DNA of 64,000 bases, from NCBI GenBank assembly GCA_013265495.1, contig MU059403.1:1626960-1690959 (forward strand), read 5' to 3'. Under the pieces are notes generated by a model. That model ran no database searches. It was not told the DNA's origin and was given only the letters and a program-made list of their open reading frames with translations. The stretch is from Vicugna vicugna (lineage: Eukaryota). A program made the position numbers and the translations under genes. Shown here piece by piece: positions 13,430 to 25,430 of this stretch (positions are counted from its first letter, which is position 1; each line of letters begins with the position of its first letter).

Positions 13430-15185
13430 TAATTTTCCCCAGGCTAGAGTTTTGTCTAAATGGAACGACTCCTGGTTTCTGCCTTTCCTACTCATTAGAA
13501 TGGCTTCAGGATCCGCCCTGTCGGCCACACTTGTTATGCAATGACTCTGTGTGCACGATGCTGTATTGTATGTCTGTACCCCACCTGTGCGTCTCCCAGC
13601 TCCTGGGTATTTAGTTGTTTCCGGGCTGAGGCTGTTATACGTAAGGCTGCCAGGTGCAGTCTGCCCCCGGGGTTTTGTGGACGTGTCTTAATTACTCTGG
13701 GGTAAACGCTTCCAGGTGGATCTTACAGTCGTGTGAGGAACACCGGCGAGCCCCAGGTTCCAGCGTCACCGGCGCCTGAGCGTGTCTCAGCAGGGCCCCT
13801 CCCACCGGCCTGCGACATCTCCTGGGGTACAGCTGCATCTCCCTGGTGACAGGGAGGCCCAGTGGTTCTCTCGCGTGCGTGTTGTTCAGTCGTGCGCCCT
13901 TCGTTCTGAGTTGTCTGCCCCCCTCTTTGGCCCATTTATGTAGATCACTGTCTCTTGCTGACACAGCCTGCATCTCTGTCGGGCATGCGCCTCAGGGACG
14001 CCTTCTCTGCCTCTGGGCTTGTCTTTTCGCTTCCTTCACGATGTCTCTCGGCACATGTGAGTTTTAAAATGTATCGGTAGTGTCCCATTTGCCAAAGTTT
14101 CTTTTGTGACTAGGACTACCTGTGTCTGCCCTAAAAATCCTTCTCTAAGCCGACGTCACAGAGGTAGTCCACTGTATTTTCTTCCCAGGCTTCATACCTC
14201 TAGCTTTTGTTTAGGTCTCTTATTCATTTCAAAGGTGTGTGTACAGTTTGAGGAAGGCTTTAAGAATTGCACGCAGCGAGCCCACTGTTCTGGAATCATC
14301 GGCGAGAAGACGGTCCCTTCCACCGACTTGTGTGGGTGCCTTGTTAAATACCAACTGAGCATTTGTTTTTGTGTCTGTTTATGAACTGTTTATTCTTTCC
14401 CATCGATCTATTTAACTACCCTCATCCCAACAACATACTGTCTCAATAAGCAGCTTTATAATTATTTTCAAGTAACGTGACAGTAGTCCACCAACTTCGT
14501 TGTCTTGGAAGAACGATTTGGATATTTTAGGTCTTTCGTATTTCCACGTACATTTTAGAACTAAAATGTCAATTTCTACAAAGAAGCCTCCTGGGATTTT
14601 GATAGGAATTATTTTGAATCGGTAGGTGAACTTGGGGAGAATTAACTTCATGACGTTAGTTTATCCCTCTCTGCTTCGGTAGAGTCCCTTCAGTTTTTCT
14701 CAGTAATGCCTTTCAGGTTTCCACATCCTGCACGTCCTTTCATAAATGCACCCCTAGGTGTTGTGTGGTTTTGATGTCACTGTGAACGCCATTTAAAACT
14801 GTCGTCCTCCGGTCGTCGCTGCTGGTCCGTAGGAGTTCAGGTGGTTCGCATACTGACTATCTCGAGCCCTTGCTGCATTTGCTTATGATTCCTAGCACTT
14901 TTTTTCTGTAGATGCTTCAGTTCCTTTCACGAGCAGACTCCTGTCGTGTGTAATTAAAGACAGTCTGCAGTTTTCTTTCCAGTCTCACACCGTTCTTTCT
15001 CTTGCCTGTTTGGCGCTCTCCGGGACCTCCGGCGTACCGGCGTGTGGAAGGCGCGAGGTTCTTTCCAGCCTTAGGGTGGAGGCACTCAGTCTTGTATCAG
15101 TGAGCACGGGGGGAACCGCAGATTTCATGTAAATACATTTTTAGCAGATAGAGAAGGCTTCCTTCAACCCTAGTTTTCTGAGAGC
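13430..15185 (-). mobile_element. Old L1M element, antisense, with mosaic base composition
   Basis: Minus-strand ORF 14412-14651 (LPKFTYRFKIIPIKIPGGFFVEIDILVLKCTWKYERPKISK...EVGGL) is L1 ORF2. The flanks continue colinearly as degenerate L1. Confidence 0.8.
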
Positions 15186-18100
15186 CTGGCCACTTAATTA
15201 ACGCAGTAGCTCACCTTAATGAAAAAAATGAACCTAATTTTTCTTCGTCTAGAACCAAACGGTGTGACTGTCACTGAGAGCATGTGCTTCTAAGGCATGC
15301 TGTTGCGAGTACCTTTTCTAGTATTTTATGTTGCCCTTCAAATTTGCAAGACACTGTCCTTCTCTCTCAACACACTTGCCTTGCCCACCTCAGGGGCAGT
15401 GAGCCGGGGTGAGTCTGTTTGGCAAACGGTTTCCCCATTTCCAAGGCCTCCCTGAAGCCGGGGTGGAGGGGGGCTGGCCTGAGCCTGGGCTCGCCGTGCC
15501 CGTTGCACACCACGCCGTCCGCCATGTTTACCAGAGGATTCCATCAAAACGCTTTGACTTTGAAAACTAAATTTGCTGAGTTGCTTCTTTGTGACTCAGC
15601 CTGGAAATGAACAGCGAGATGAGAATAAACAGAAAGCGGTGAGTTAGGCGTGAGTGGCCGTGTGTGTGATGGTCCAGCGTTGTGCGCACGTCAGGGCATG
15701 CTGTCCACACCTGCAGTAATTTCTGGGGAGTTTGTAAGGGGTGGCTCCTGGGAAATCGCAATGTTCCACACGTCTTTAAAAACAGAAGACTGTTTGCAGA
15801 GCAGACTATGTGAGGAGGGACACAGGGTGTCTTAGCAGGTAACGGCGTGGCGCCACCGTCCGCTGCAGCGGGGAGCACGCGCGCAGGGCTCGGGGGCAGT
15901 CCTCGCAGACGGTGCGGGCCCCCAAGGGCGGGGCCCACGAGGGAGCGAGTAGGGCCCGGGGGGCTGTATCCACAGCCGGGGGTGTGGGGATGGGCACGCA
16001 GACAGTTGTGAGCATTTTCGTTTTTTGAAAGAGCTTCTCAAGATTTCATTGCTGTCGGAAAGAGAGCAGCACTGCCCTAACCGTCGGTGGGAAGTCCTCC
16101 AGAAGGAGGGCTGGCGGCAAAGCTGGCGGGCGTAGCCTGCGTCCTCCCGAAGCACGGCCCCGTCTGAAGTCCGTCGTCTGAGAACGGACGTGGTTCACTG
16201 CTGCTGCCTGTAAACTGCCCCTGGCGTCATCACACTAAAATCAAGTGTCTTCCGTTCAGTGAGGTCACCGCGCAAGGGCCTTCCCCTTCAAGTTCCTAAA
16301 TGTCCGGCGGACACCCTGGTTGTCAGATTATTTGAACAAACTGTCAGGCACCTTGTAAGTCGCCCAGCTCTGCTAGTGTGGGAAGCAGGCCAATATTCTA
16401 ACGGACACGCTACGAGTCTCCAGGGGTAACTTTCTAGAAACACGGAGTCGTTGCATGACTGTGGCACGCGACATGGACGGAAGCAGGCTGGAACTGCACT
16501 CATGTTTGTAGTCTAACACGTTAACGGAAAAACACAGAGGCAGACTGCCTCCCAGGTGCGGGTCACTTGTCAGAGGTCGCTCACAGCTCTGGGGTCTCCG
16601 AGCCACAAGTCTCCACCAGGTCGTGGGGCGAGAGCTTGGGCCTAGGAAAGCCTGCAGAGGACTGGCCGAGGAAGAAAGCACAGCGCAGCCACCGCAGCTA
16701 CGTCGGGCGTCAGCGCATTCCCGGTGGGCGCGGCGCCAGCAGGCGGACTGGGCAGGCCGAGGCGGGGAGCCGTCCAGGCTGCGGTCAAGCCGTGGCCGGG
16801 GGACGAGGGGTTAACACACTGAGTGGGGGGCTGCTCTTCTGCAAGGAGTTTTGAGGTTTGGCGGCACAAGTCACACGTGTAATTGTGAGAAACTGACCAG
16901 ACACCTCGACCGCCAGACCCCGAAACAGAGAACTTGCAGCTGGAATCCTGACCTAAGTTCCTCCTCGTCTGTCACGTGAGCCTTGGTCGTCTCTCGGCTC
17001 GATGGGCCGGGTGATGAGGACAGCGCAGCGTAAGGCTGAGCGTCAGCGAACCTGCAGGTTATAGAAGACGCTGCCGTCTCCCCTCCCTGGGCTGGCTGTG
17101 TGGCCTTAGGGGAATCCGCGTTCGTGATGCTGAATGTCCGTGAAGAACTCTTCAGGGTTGTGACTGGTTTTTCTCTGTCGGACCTTTCCGTCTGTGCCTA
17201 ACGGGTCAGGTTACACTTCTGCTCAGTGGGGATCATCCTTTGAACTCGCCGAGGGCCCTGCGGCTTTGTGTGCGCTATTTCGTTCGCCCAGTGAGCCTGC
17301 GCGGCAGGGGGCCAGGCAGGGAAGAGGACACTGAGTCTGAGATGAGAGCCTCGTAGAGTCGTCACGCTGGTGATCCACGGACAGGGAACAGCCCAGCGTC
17401 TGACTCCTGGCCCGGAACTTGCCTTTCTCCTCCGAGAGACACCGCCTCACGTAGCCGCCCCGTCTGTGATGATGGCCCAGGAGTTGTCCGTCCCCTTCCC
17501 GCTTCTCCAGACATAGGAACCTCATTTATGGCAAAGGCTTTTCTCTTTCCTTTCATCTCAAGCTATGTTCAGTCCTCTTCCACTAGGAAAAAAGTCTGTA
17601 TTCAACCCAATCACCAGTTCTCAATAATCTCCCAGCTTCTCCTTTTCCCACAGTGTATTTCCAAGCGGAGATTCTCTGGGTGGTTTTCTTGGAGAAACTC
17701 AGTGGCTCATTCCCACACAGCTCTCCTGTCCCGGCCCCGGCCGCTCACAGCACAAGCCCTCCACTCGCTCGTCTTTTTCAGTCCTCCTTCCTTCTCACGT
17801 TAACTCCTCAACACAAACTACATAGTTAAAACCCTCCTGAATAGGAAAGAAAACAGAAACATTTTCATCTATTAAAGTGGACATTTTTCATGTGAGTTTT
17901 GCGAGCATCAGTTGCTCTATTTTCCTGCTGAATTCTTTCCAGAATCCCAAACTTTCCTTTTCGTCCATCGATGAATGCTCCTTTGGCACAGAGTCAAAAC
18001 CAGCTTTGCTAAGATGACGATTGTGCAGCTCTGCCTTCGCTCCCCTGTGTGACCCTACTGGGTCCGCCGGCCGCAGGTGTCTCTGCTCCCAGCCACGCTC

Positions 18101-21100
18101 GCCTGGCCCTCAGCCGGCCGTGCCCGGGCCTTCCCCATCCCTCTCTGGTCCCCTCCTCCCGCTTTCCTGGCCCCACCGTTGTTGCTCGGGTCCTCCACGC
18201 TTTTACTTTCATTGAAAAGCCCCTTTCCCTGCACCCTTTTCTACCGCATCACGAGACCTCAGGGACATTTTTCTAGAATGTGGTTGAGACTTGTCTCCCT
18301 GGGCTTCGTCCTGGAGCCCCGCTTGCCTGCGTCTCGGTGATGGGACGCATCCAGTGTCGCAGGGACATCGGCCAGCTCATGTCCTTCGCTCACTGCTCTC
18401 CTCCGTTCACAGGTGTGATGCACGTCCTCCACAGAGCCCGGGGCGTCTCTGCCGGGGAGGTTCCCGCTCCAGGAGTCACCTCTTTCCTTGACCCCGAGGG
18501 CCCCAGGGATGGGGCAGAAATGGGTGGTCTCTTCCGGGAGCTGGGCTGTCTCGGGAGGGAGGGTGACCTTCAGAGGGACACATCAGACGGCCCTTTGTCT
18601 GTTCTCTGTGCCATTGTGAGTTTGTCTAAAGGAGATCTGCTTCCTTCCGAGTGGCCCTTACTTACTGTCAAATGTAACTGCATTTCTCCAAGAAGAGAAA
18701 CTGGATGTCCCACATGGGGCCAGGTTTACCAAATACAATCGTGTGAGTTAGCAGTTCTCACTTCAGCCAGGATGTTTATGTAAACAAACCACGGAATTTC
18801 TTCCTGCTTGGCAATGACGCTTCCGCATTTTACAGCCCTCCAAGCAAATGTTAAGGGTGGGTGGACTTAATCGATCCTACTTTGCTTATGATGAGCTTTC
18901 AAACATGACGTAAAACCCTCAGAAGGGACATTTCGAGAATTTTCCAGACCCACTTCTGTAGCTACAGTATGTCCTTGGAGCGAGCGTGAAGCATTTTGCG
19001 CCCAGACAGTCACACCATAAATTCTGTTCACTAACAAAGCTGAAAAGGGGCCAAGAGAACAGGCAAGGGAGCAGTGTGCTTTGCAGGAGGGCTGCGGCCG
19101 GTCCCCCTGTATCTGGGACCTGGGTGGGAACAGCCGCGCGGCCTGGGGGCTTTCAAACAGCCGGGGCTGGCTGGAGCTCCGCCCCCTCCCCCTCCGTGTC
19201 TTCCCGTGACCTACGGTGGCGTGTTTGTCCCTTCAGAGAGAGAGAGGCGTCCCTGTCATTTCTGTGCCATGCCGGTTTCCATGTTGCAGTTGGAGCAGAT
19301 GCCTCTTTAAGATGCATGAGGAGTGGGTTTATTTGCCTCTCTCTTTGCCGACTGAAGGTAGAGTGTAAAGCAATGCACAGCCGGCGGGGGACAGTCGGTG
19401 CGAAATTTTCCCGAAGTTGAGTGTGGCCGTTCTAACAGTGCAGCGGCCGTTAACTGTTCCGTGTATTGGGGTGGATTTGGGCTAGAACCCCCTCCGCGCT
19501 TGTCCCGTGACTCCCGGAGCGCCGCCCCGCCCACGTTCCCAGAGCATACTCGCCACTGATGGAAACCAAATGCCCCATCTTGACGCTGGACGCCTGTAGA
19601 ATCGTAACTTGGCCATTTAACGTGCTTAACTTACAGACCAAAAAAAAAGGAAAAAAAAAGAAAAAAAACCCACCAAAACCCAGAAATCTACTTCTGGATA
19701 ATTCAAGCCACAGGGAAGTTCTTGGAATTACGTGCTTGCCTCTGAGAGCGGACGGCCATTCAGACAGCTCGGAGTCCTGCGTGGGCTCCTGGATCCAGAG
19801 GCTCCCGGACCACATGACGTCGGAGAGGGGACCTGCTGGGGCCGCACCTGGTGGTCCGCCGTCGCTGTGGCAGGAGCCGGGCACTGCCTGGGACAGGGGT
19901 GCAAGCCTGGGCCCAGGGGCCACCGCTCCCCCCCTCTGTCATTACACAAAGCGGCGTGACGGTCAGATTCGAACGATCCTACCAAAGGTCGATCGGGGCA
20001 CAGGGCGGGGCGGCTCCACCTTCCGCGTCCCTCTTAGGAGGCCGAGGCTGGCCTGGGGGCCGCAGAGGGGAGTGAGCGCCTCCTGCAGGAGCGGGGAGCC
20101 GCGGGCTGGCTTCCTTCTGCGCTCTTCCCGCGTGTGTGCGGGGCGGCCACTCCCGGCCCGCCGAGAGCCGAGAGCGGCGGCTGGCGATGCGGCCCGTAGA
20201 CGGCCGGTCACGTCATTAAGCGGGTTGATTATCCTCACGTTGCAAATGGAGTTACCAGAGAAGTAAAATCCAGGTGGTTTTGCAGCTCTCAACGTCACAG
20301 GCACGAGTTACTGTTGCAAAACAAAGGTACTGAGTGCCTGTTACGTTCCAGGCGTTTCTTTAGTGCTGGAGAAACAATGAACCTGGAAGTCGAGTTCACA
20401 AAGCAGGGTCCTGGGCCGCACCGCCCACCGAGCCTCCTTCAGTCTTTGCCACACCACCCGCGTCGCCCCCTGAGCCGGGCGCCCTGCTCCGAGTGCCATC
20501 TCGCCTCTGGCCTGGCAGCCGCGACCCAGAGGCACACGCCTTCCCAGCTCCCCGGTCGTCCCACCTGTTTGGTGTCACGTTTAGTCATAAAACCCCTGTA
20601 AACTGTAGTTAGTTTCCAAACAAAACTACTTTCTAAGCAGAAAATCGCTCTAAAGATTTTACTTAAAATAGATTCGCCCAATGTATTTGTTGTTTTCTTT
20701 TCCTTTTTAAGGAGAAATGTGAAGGTGAAAGAATGTGATTTTTTGACCCCAAAGACAGCTCAGGTGAGGGAGGGCCTGCTCTGGAACGTGTGGGGTCAAG
20801 GGCAGCTGTGTCTCAGCCGGGGTCTGCCCCCCGACCACCGGGCTGAGCCCCCGCAGCGCCTCCGGGGGCGAGAGGGCGGCCTGGTCCTGCCGCTGGCCCT
20901 TCCGTCCCCGAGACTCAGGGCTCCGTGGACTGGCGGGTGGAAGCTCGACCCCCGAGCCTCCTGGTCCCAGGGTGAGTGGGGTGTTCCTTCAAGGTGACTC
21001 TGAGCTGAGGGTCGGAGGCCACGCCCAGAGAGACCCCATGCCAAGTCAAGGACGAACCAAACGCTAGCGCCCGCATTTGGGATTTTTTAGCACGAGTGGG

Positions 21101-21790
21101 GAGGAGATTTAACTTGCTGGTGTGAATTTTTAATGGCATGCGTTTAGGCTGGAAGGATTTAGAGCAGGAACGTTCGGAATACTCTCCGCCGAGTGTTTTC
21201 CGGATGGTACTTGAAGCCTCACGTGGATGTCTAGTGAAGCGTAAAGTGTTCTGCACAGTTTATTTTATTTGACTCAAATTCACTAGCATCTGCGGATCAC
21301 TGCGTAGAGCGGACTCACTTGTGAGGCTTCGTGCAGGTGGTGCCAGCTTCCTCTGCTCCGAGGTCAGAGCCGTGCTTCCTGAGAGATGAGGCTGAGGCGT
21401 GCGACACCCCAGGGTGGCTTCAGATTTAAATCGACGTGAGTCGGGTGGTGGGAGTCACATGTGGCCCGAGGCCGTGGGTGCCCGCGAGCGGGATTGGGGG
21501 GTCAGCGCATCGACGCCCAGGGTCCATTTCTGCACCAGCCGACTTTGCACTTGAAATCCCGGATGGGGTCACCTTGCTGTGTGTGACCTCCCTGCTGTCA
21601 AAAGTTGTGCAAACATTTAACTGAAAGGCAGAAGCCACCGGGGGCTGATGTGCCTCGTGTCCTCAGCTAACGTTCGTCTGCGTCTCTGTTCTGCTTTCCC
21701 AGAGGAGTCTAGGGCAGCTTTTTCACCTGGCGTTTCAGCAGTTAGCTGCCTGCCATCTCCTAGAGCTCGCCCAGGAAGGAGCCCCGCACG

Positions 21791-21810
21791 TCTGTCTGTC
21801 TGTCTGTCTG
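21791..21810. repeat. (TCTG)5 microsatellite
   Basis: tctgtctgtctgtctgtctg followed by degenerate TG-rich sequence. Confidence 0.85.
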
Positions 21811-22564
21811 CGTGTCTGTGTCTGGGTGTGTATAAGTGCGTGTGTCTGTCTAAACCCACACATTCTAAGGCATCCTCAGTCCATTCAGGGCGGAAGATGG
21901 ATCTGTTAGATCGTGTCTAAACACAAAAAAGAGACTGAGTTTATTAACATAAACAGACAGAAGCCTTCAGACATTGAAATACTGGGTGCTGGAATTTTTC
22001 GAAGTGACTATTTTGTCGTCGTGGGAATGAGTTGAGAACTCACATAGCTCCTCGCCTGGACGCGGCTCTCAGTAAGAGGTCCTCTTCTCGAGTGATTTCC
22101 GGGCACACAGCCTGTTTCAGAAACACTGCAGCGGAGACGTCTGGAGCTGGTCGCTTCCACACTTAACTTCACCAGACCTGGGGGAGGTGAAGGCGGGAGG
22201 GTGGCTGTGCTCCCCAGACTCTGATGGGGGCGTGTGGTTGATGGACAGCAGGTCGGGGCTGTGGCCAGAGGGCCCAGCAGGGCTCAGTGGGACTAGACCC
22301 CGTATCTGCTGACTGCGACCCCAACTTGGGACCCAGAGCAGAGGACTGTTGCTGTTCCTGGGGTCTGGGTCCCACCTGTGGCCTCCTCAGTCCACAGGGC
22401 ATCAGATCCACTTGTGGACGTGTCCACAGTGACCGTCACTCTGATCCGTGAGAGCCCTCCTGCCCTGCCCCTCCTGGGGGGCCCTCCCTGTGTCCCGTCC
22501 CTCCCCAGGCTCTGGGTGGACTAGTCTCAGCCATGGGCTCACCCTTGTCTCCTTCTCCCCGCAG

Positions 22565-22751
22565 CATCCTCGTGTGACCAGGAGCAGCAGTCGGCCTTGG
22601 AGGAGGCCAGGCAGCCGAAGAATGACAATGTGGTCATCCCCGAGTGTGCCCACGGTGGCCTCTACAAGCCGGTGCAGTGCCACCCCTCCACCGGCTACTG
22701 CTGGTGCGTCCTGGTGGACACTGGACGCCCCATCCCCGGCACGTCCACCAG
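22565..22751 (+). CDS. SMOC2: SMOC2 coding exon (human exon 8 equivalent), most of thyroglobulin type-1 domain 2
   Basis: Acceptor ttctccccgcag| at 22563-22564 and donor |gtaaag at 22752. 187 nt, phase 1 to phase 2. Translates (A)SSCDQEQQSALEEARQPKNDNVVIPECAHGGLYKPVQCHPSTGYCWCVLVDTGRPIPGTST(R), with the QC...YCWCV thyroglobulin type-1 signature, and matches the SMOC2 sequence I recall. Confidence 0.98.
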
Positions 22752-25139
22752 GTAAAGCCGCTCTCAGTGGGGCTGGGAGAGGTGTGGCGAAACCCAGAAA
22801 GGCAGAGCCCCTCGGCATCCCTGCACCCAGGCCTCACCCCACTGCTCTGGGTGGGGTGCCTGTGGTCTTGAGGGCAGTGGCCGGGGAGCTGGGGGCACCG
22901 AGTCCCTGACATCACCAGGAGCTGATAGTGGGGTGACGCTCGGAATGTGTCCCATGCCAACAGCAGCTTCTCTTGACCCCAGTTTTGGCAAAGGGAGGCC
23001 CACGTTCCACAAGAACCGGTCGCCCAGAACGGCTCTCTGTTCACAGTCAGAGCTGTGTGTGTCCTGAAATCACCACTTAAAAAGGAGGACAGCCCGGAGT
23101 CAGGAGGAGCAGCAGGCCTTCAAGGGCCTGAAACACGAGCCTCCCTGCTCACTCGCGTTTTGTGTGAGTTCCAGCAAAGCACGCGGTCTCAGGGCAGCCC
23201 CAGGGGAGCACCTGCCGTCCATTCCTGGAAGTCGAGTGAACGCGAGTGAGGATGGTTTTGCGGCTCTTTGTTACATGAGTTGCCCTTTGGTTTTTCATAA
23301 ATTTGTGTAAAAACCGTTTACCAATATAGGAAAATGTTCTCTCTCAAGGGTGATCAGATCGAGGCACTGGTTTAACCTGGGCGCAAGCACTGTGATGCGT
23401 TCTAGGTTTTACCCAGTTTCTCAAGTGTGACCATGACGCGCACAGAAGGGAGAGACACACCCAGGTGGATTCGGGAGCCGGAGGACAGGAAGCCAGCTGG
23501 CGTTTCCACCTGAAGTCCAGCACACCCGGAGCCCCGTCTGGCTGGTTTAGGGGGCCCCGCTCTGGGAGTGGGGGCCACAGGCTCCCCCAGACCCCGCTTC
23601 TAGGACGGTTGGGGCGTCCCGCAGGCTCGGTCTCAGGGCCGGCGAGGTGCATCCTGGGCTGTCAGACCCCGACTCCTCGCTGGCTCTGAAGGGATGAGGC
23701 CGAGCGCACCGCATCGACCCTGCAGAGCTTGTGAGCGTTTCTATATTACAACCGGACAAGAAACAGAAGACGCCCTCCTCCCTCCCCCGCCCTGATTCCA
23801 TTCTGCCCAGACCTTCTGGGTGTTCCTGCCAGGGAGCAGAGTCCCGGGGTCTCATTTTCCCGATGGGACGAAGTGACCCCTCCTCTCCGAGTTTCAAGAA
23901 AGGGCATTAAATCAGACCCGGGGGGAGGCCCCCAGACCCCCGCGTGCGTCTCTCTCCCCTGCTCTTTCTTCACCGAGGCTGACTGTCCGCACCCTGATGC
24001 TGTCAGGACTGAGAGGCATGCAGGGCGAGCAGAGAAGGGGTCCTGTCCGGGCTCCATGCTGGGTTTGGGGACAGAAACGCTGACGTCGGGGTCCAGTCCT
24101 GTTTGGGGATGTTGGGGAAACAGCATGTTGACCTGCAGGACTGCCGTCCATTGCGGCCACCACGGTCCCCACACCCACCCAGCCTCCAGGTGACCAACTC
24201 CCAGGGTCCCTGGAGAAGCGTTCGCATCTCTCAGCAGTTGAGGGGGTGGTTTTAATGAGCTACTTCCTTCTCCCTGCCCTGCCTCTCTCATCACCAGCTC
24301 ACTCCGCGCCCCATTCCTCTCCTGGCACCAGAAGCTCATGCAGCCATGACAACATGATTTGGCTTTTTTGACGGCAAGGAAAGCCTTCCCCGTGGACCCT
24401 CAGTGGACCTCCCCTCACTCCACTTGGCCAGAATGTCACCTCTGGCCAGGCCCACCACGGGTAGGGGGAGGGCCACGGGGGCCCACCGCTGAGCTCCCAG
24501 GCTTGGACCCGGCCACCCCCTTGACCCCCAGGGCCACACAGAGCAGATTCTTTGAGTGACAGAATTGATGCCATCTCCTAGTAGCTCTGAACGTCCCACG
24601 CCCTGGCACCTGACTGCTCACGTCTTACTCAGGAAACATCTGACTTCCCTCGATGGTGCGGCCCCAGCTCCAGGGCCGGGGAGGCGCAGGAGCGAAATGC
24701 ACAGAGGTCTGCAGCGCCGGGGAGCCTGCGTTCCGACGGAAGGAACGGAATGGTAGCCAAGAACAAGTGGATGACAAAGCCCGGGAGGAAAGCAGACGAG
24801 AACTAGGGCGGGAGAGCGGGGGTGCGACTTGAACGGAACGGTCAGCACGCTTCCTGACATGGACGTCGGGGTCCAGTCCTGACGAGGCGGGGCAGCGAGA
24901 GAGGTGACATCTGTGGGGATGGGGGTGTCCAGACAGAGGGAGCGAACGTGCCCCCCCCTTGCACAGTGCGGCCCCAGAGCCGGGTCGAGTTCAGTCTGGG
25001 CCAGAAGGCGCCATGTGCCGGTTACTAGGAAGCGCTCCGTTTCAGTTCTGGTGCGTTGGCAGGCGGGCTTTGGCCGTGAAGGGCTGTGCTGTCTGAAGGA
25101 GAGCCGCAGAGATGGGGACGCGCCCCTGCAGTTGATACT

Positions 25140-25430
25140 GTGACTTGGAGATGCCACTGAGGACACAGAATCTCCAAATCTTTCCTCTGACATCCTTGCT
25201 CTGCTGTCTTTGCCCTTGGACGGACTCCCCTCATGGTCACAAGATGGCTTCAGGCATCCGGCATCTCATCCACACACCGCATGCTCAGAGGACACACAGC
25301 CCCTCCCTCTCTCTCTCAGGAAGCCCCCTTGCAGATCCTATTCAGGGGTCACTGGCCATAATTGGGTCCTACGACCAGGGCTAACCCATCACTGTCAAGA
25401 GAAGTGGAACTGATCCGAGTGATCTCCAGG
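25140..25430. mobile_element. MaLR LTR relic (MLT1J/L-like)
   Basis: ctcatggtcacaagatggct...gaagcccc...cactggccataattgggtc...ctaacccatcactgtcaag follows the recalled MLT1J-type consensus order. Confidence 0.55.

Noticed and set aside
16950-17560. Possible very old L1 endonuclease-region fragment on the minus strand
   Set aside because: Similarity by eye is too weak to support a call.
57-22564. Many 60-235 aa ORFs upstream of the first SMOC2 exon
   Set aside because: None resembles a known protein apart from L1 ORF2 pieces. They are expected in GC-rich intron.
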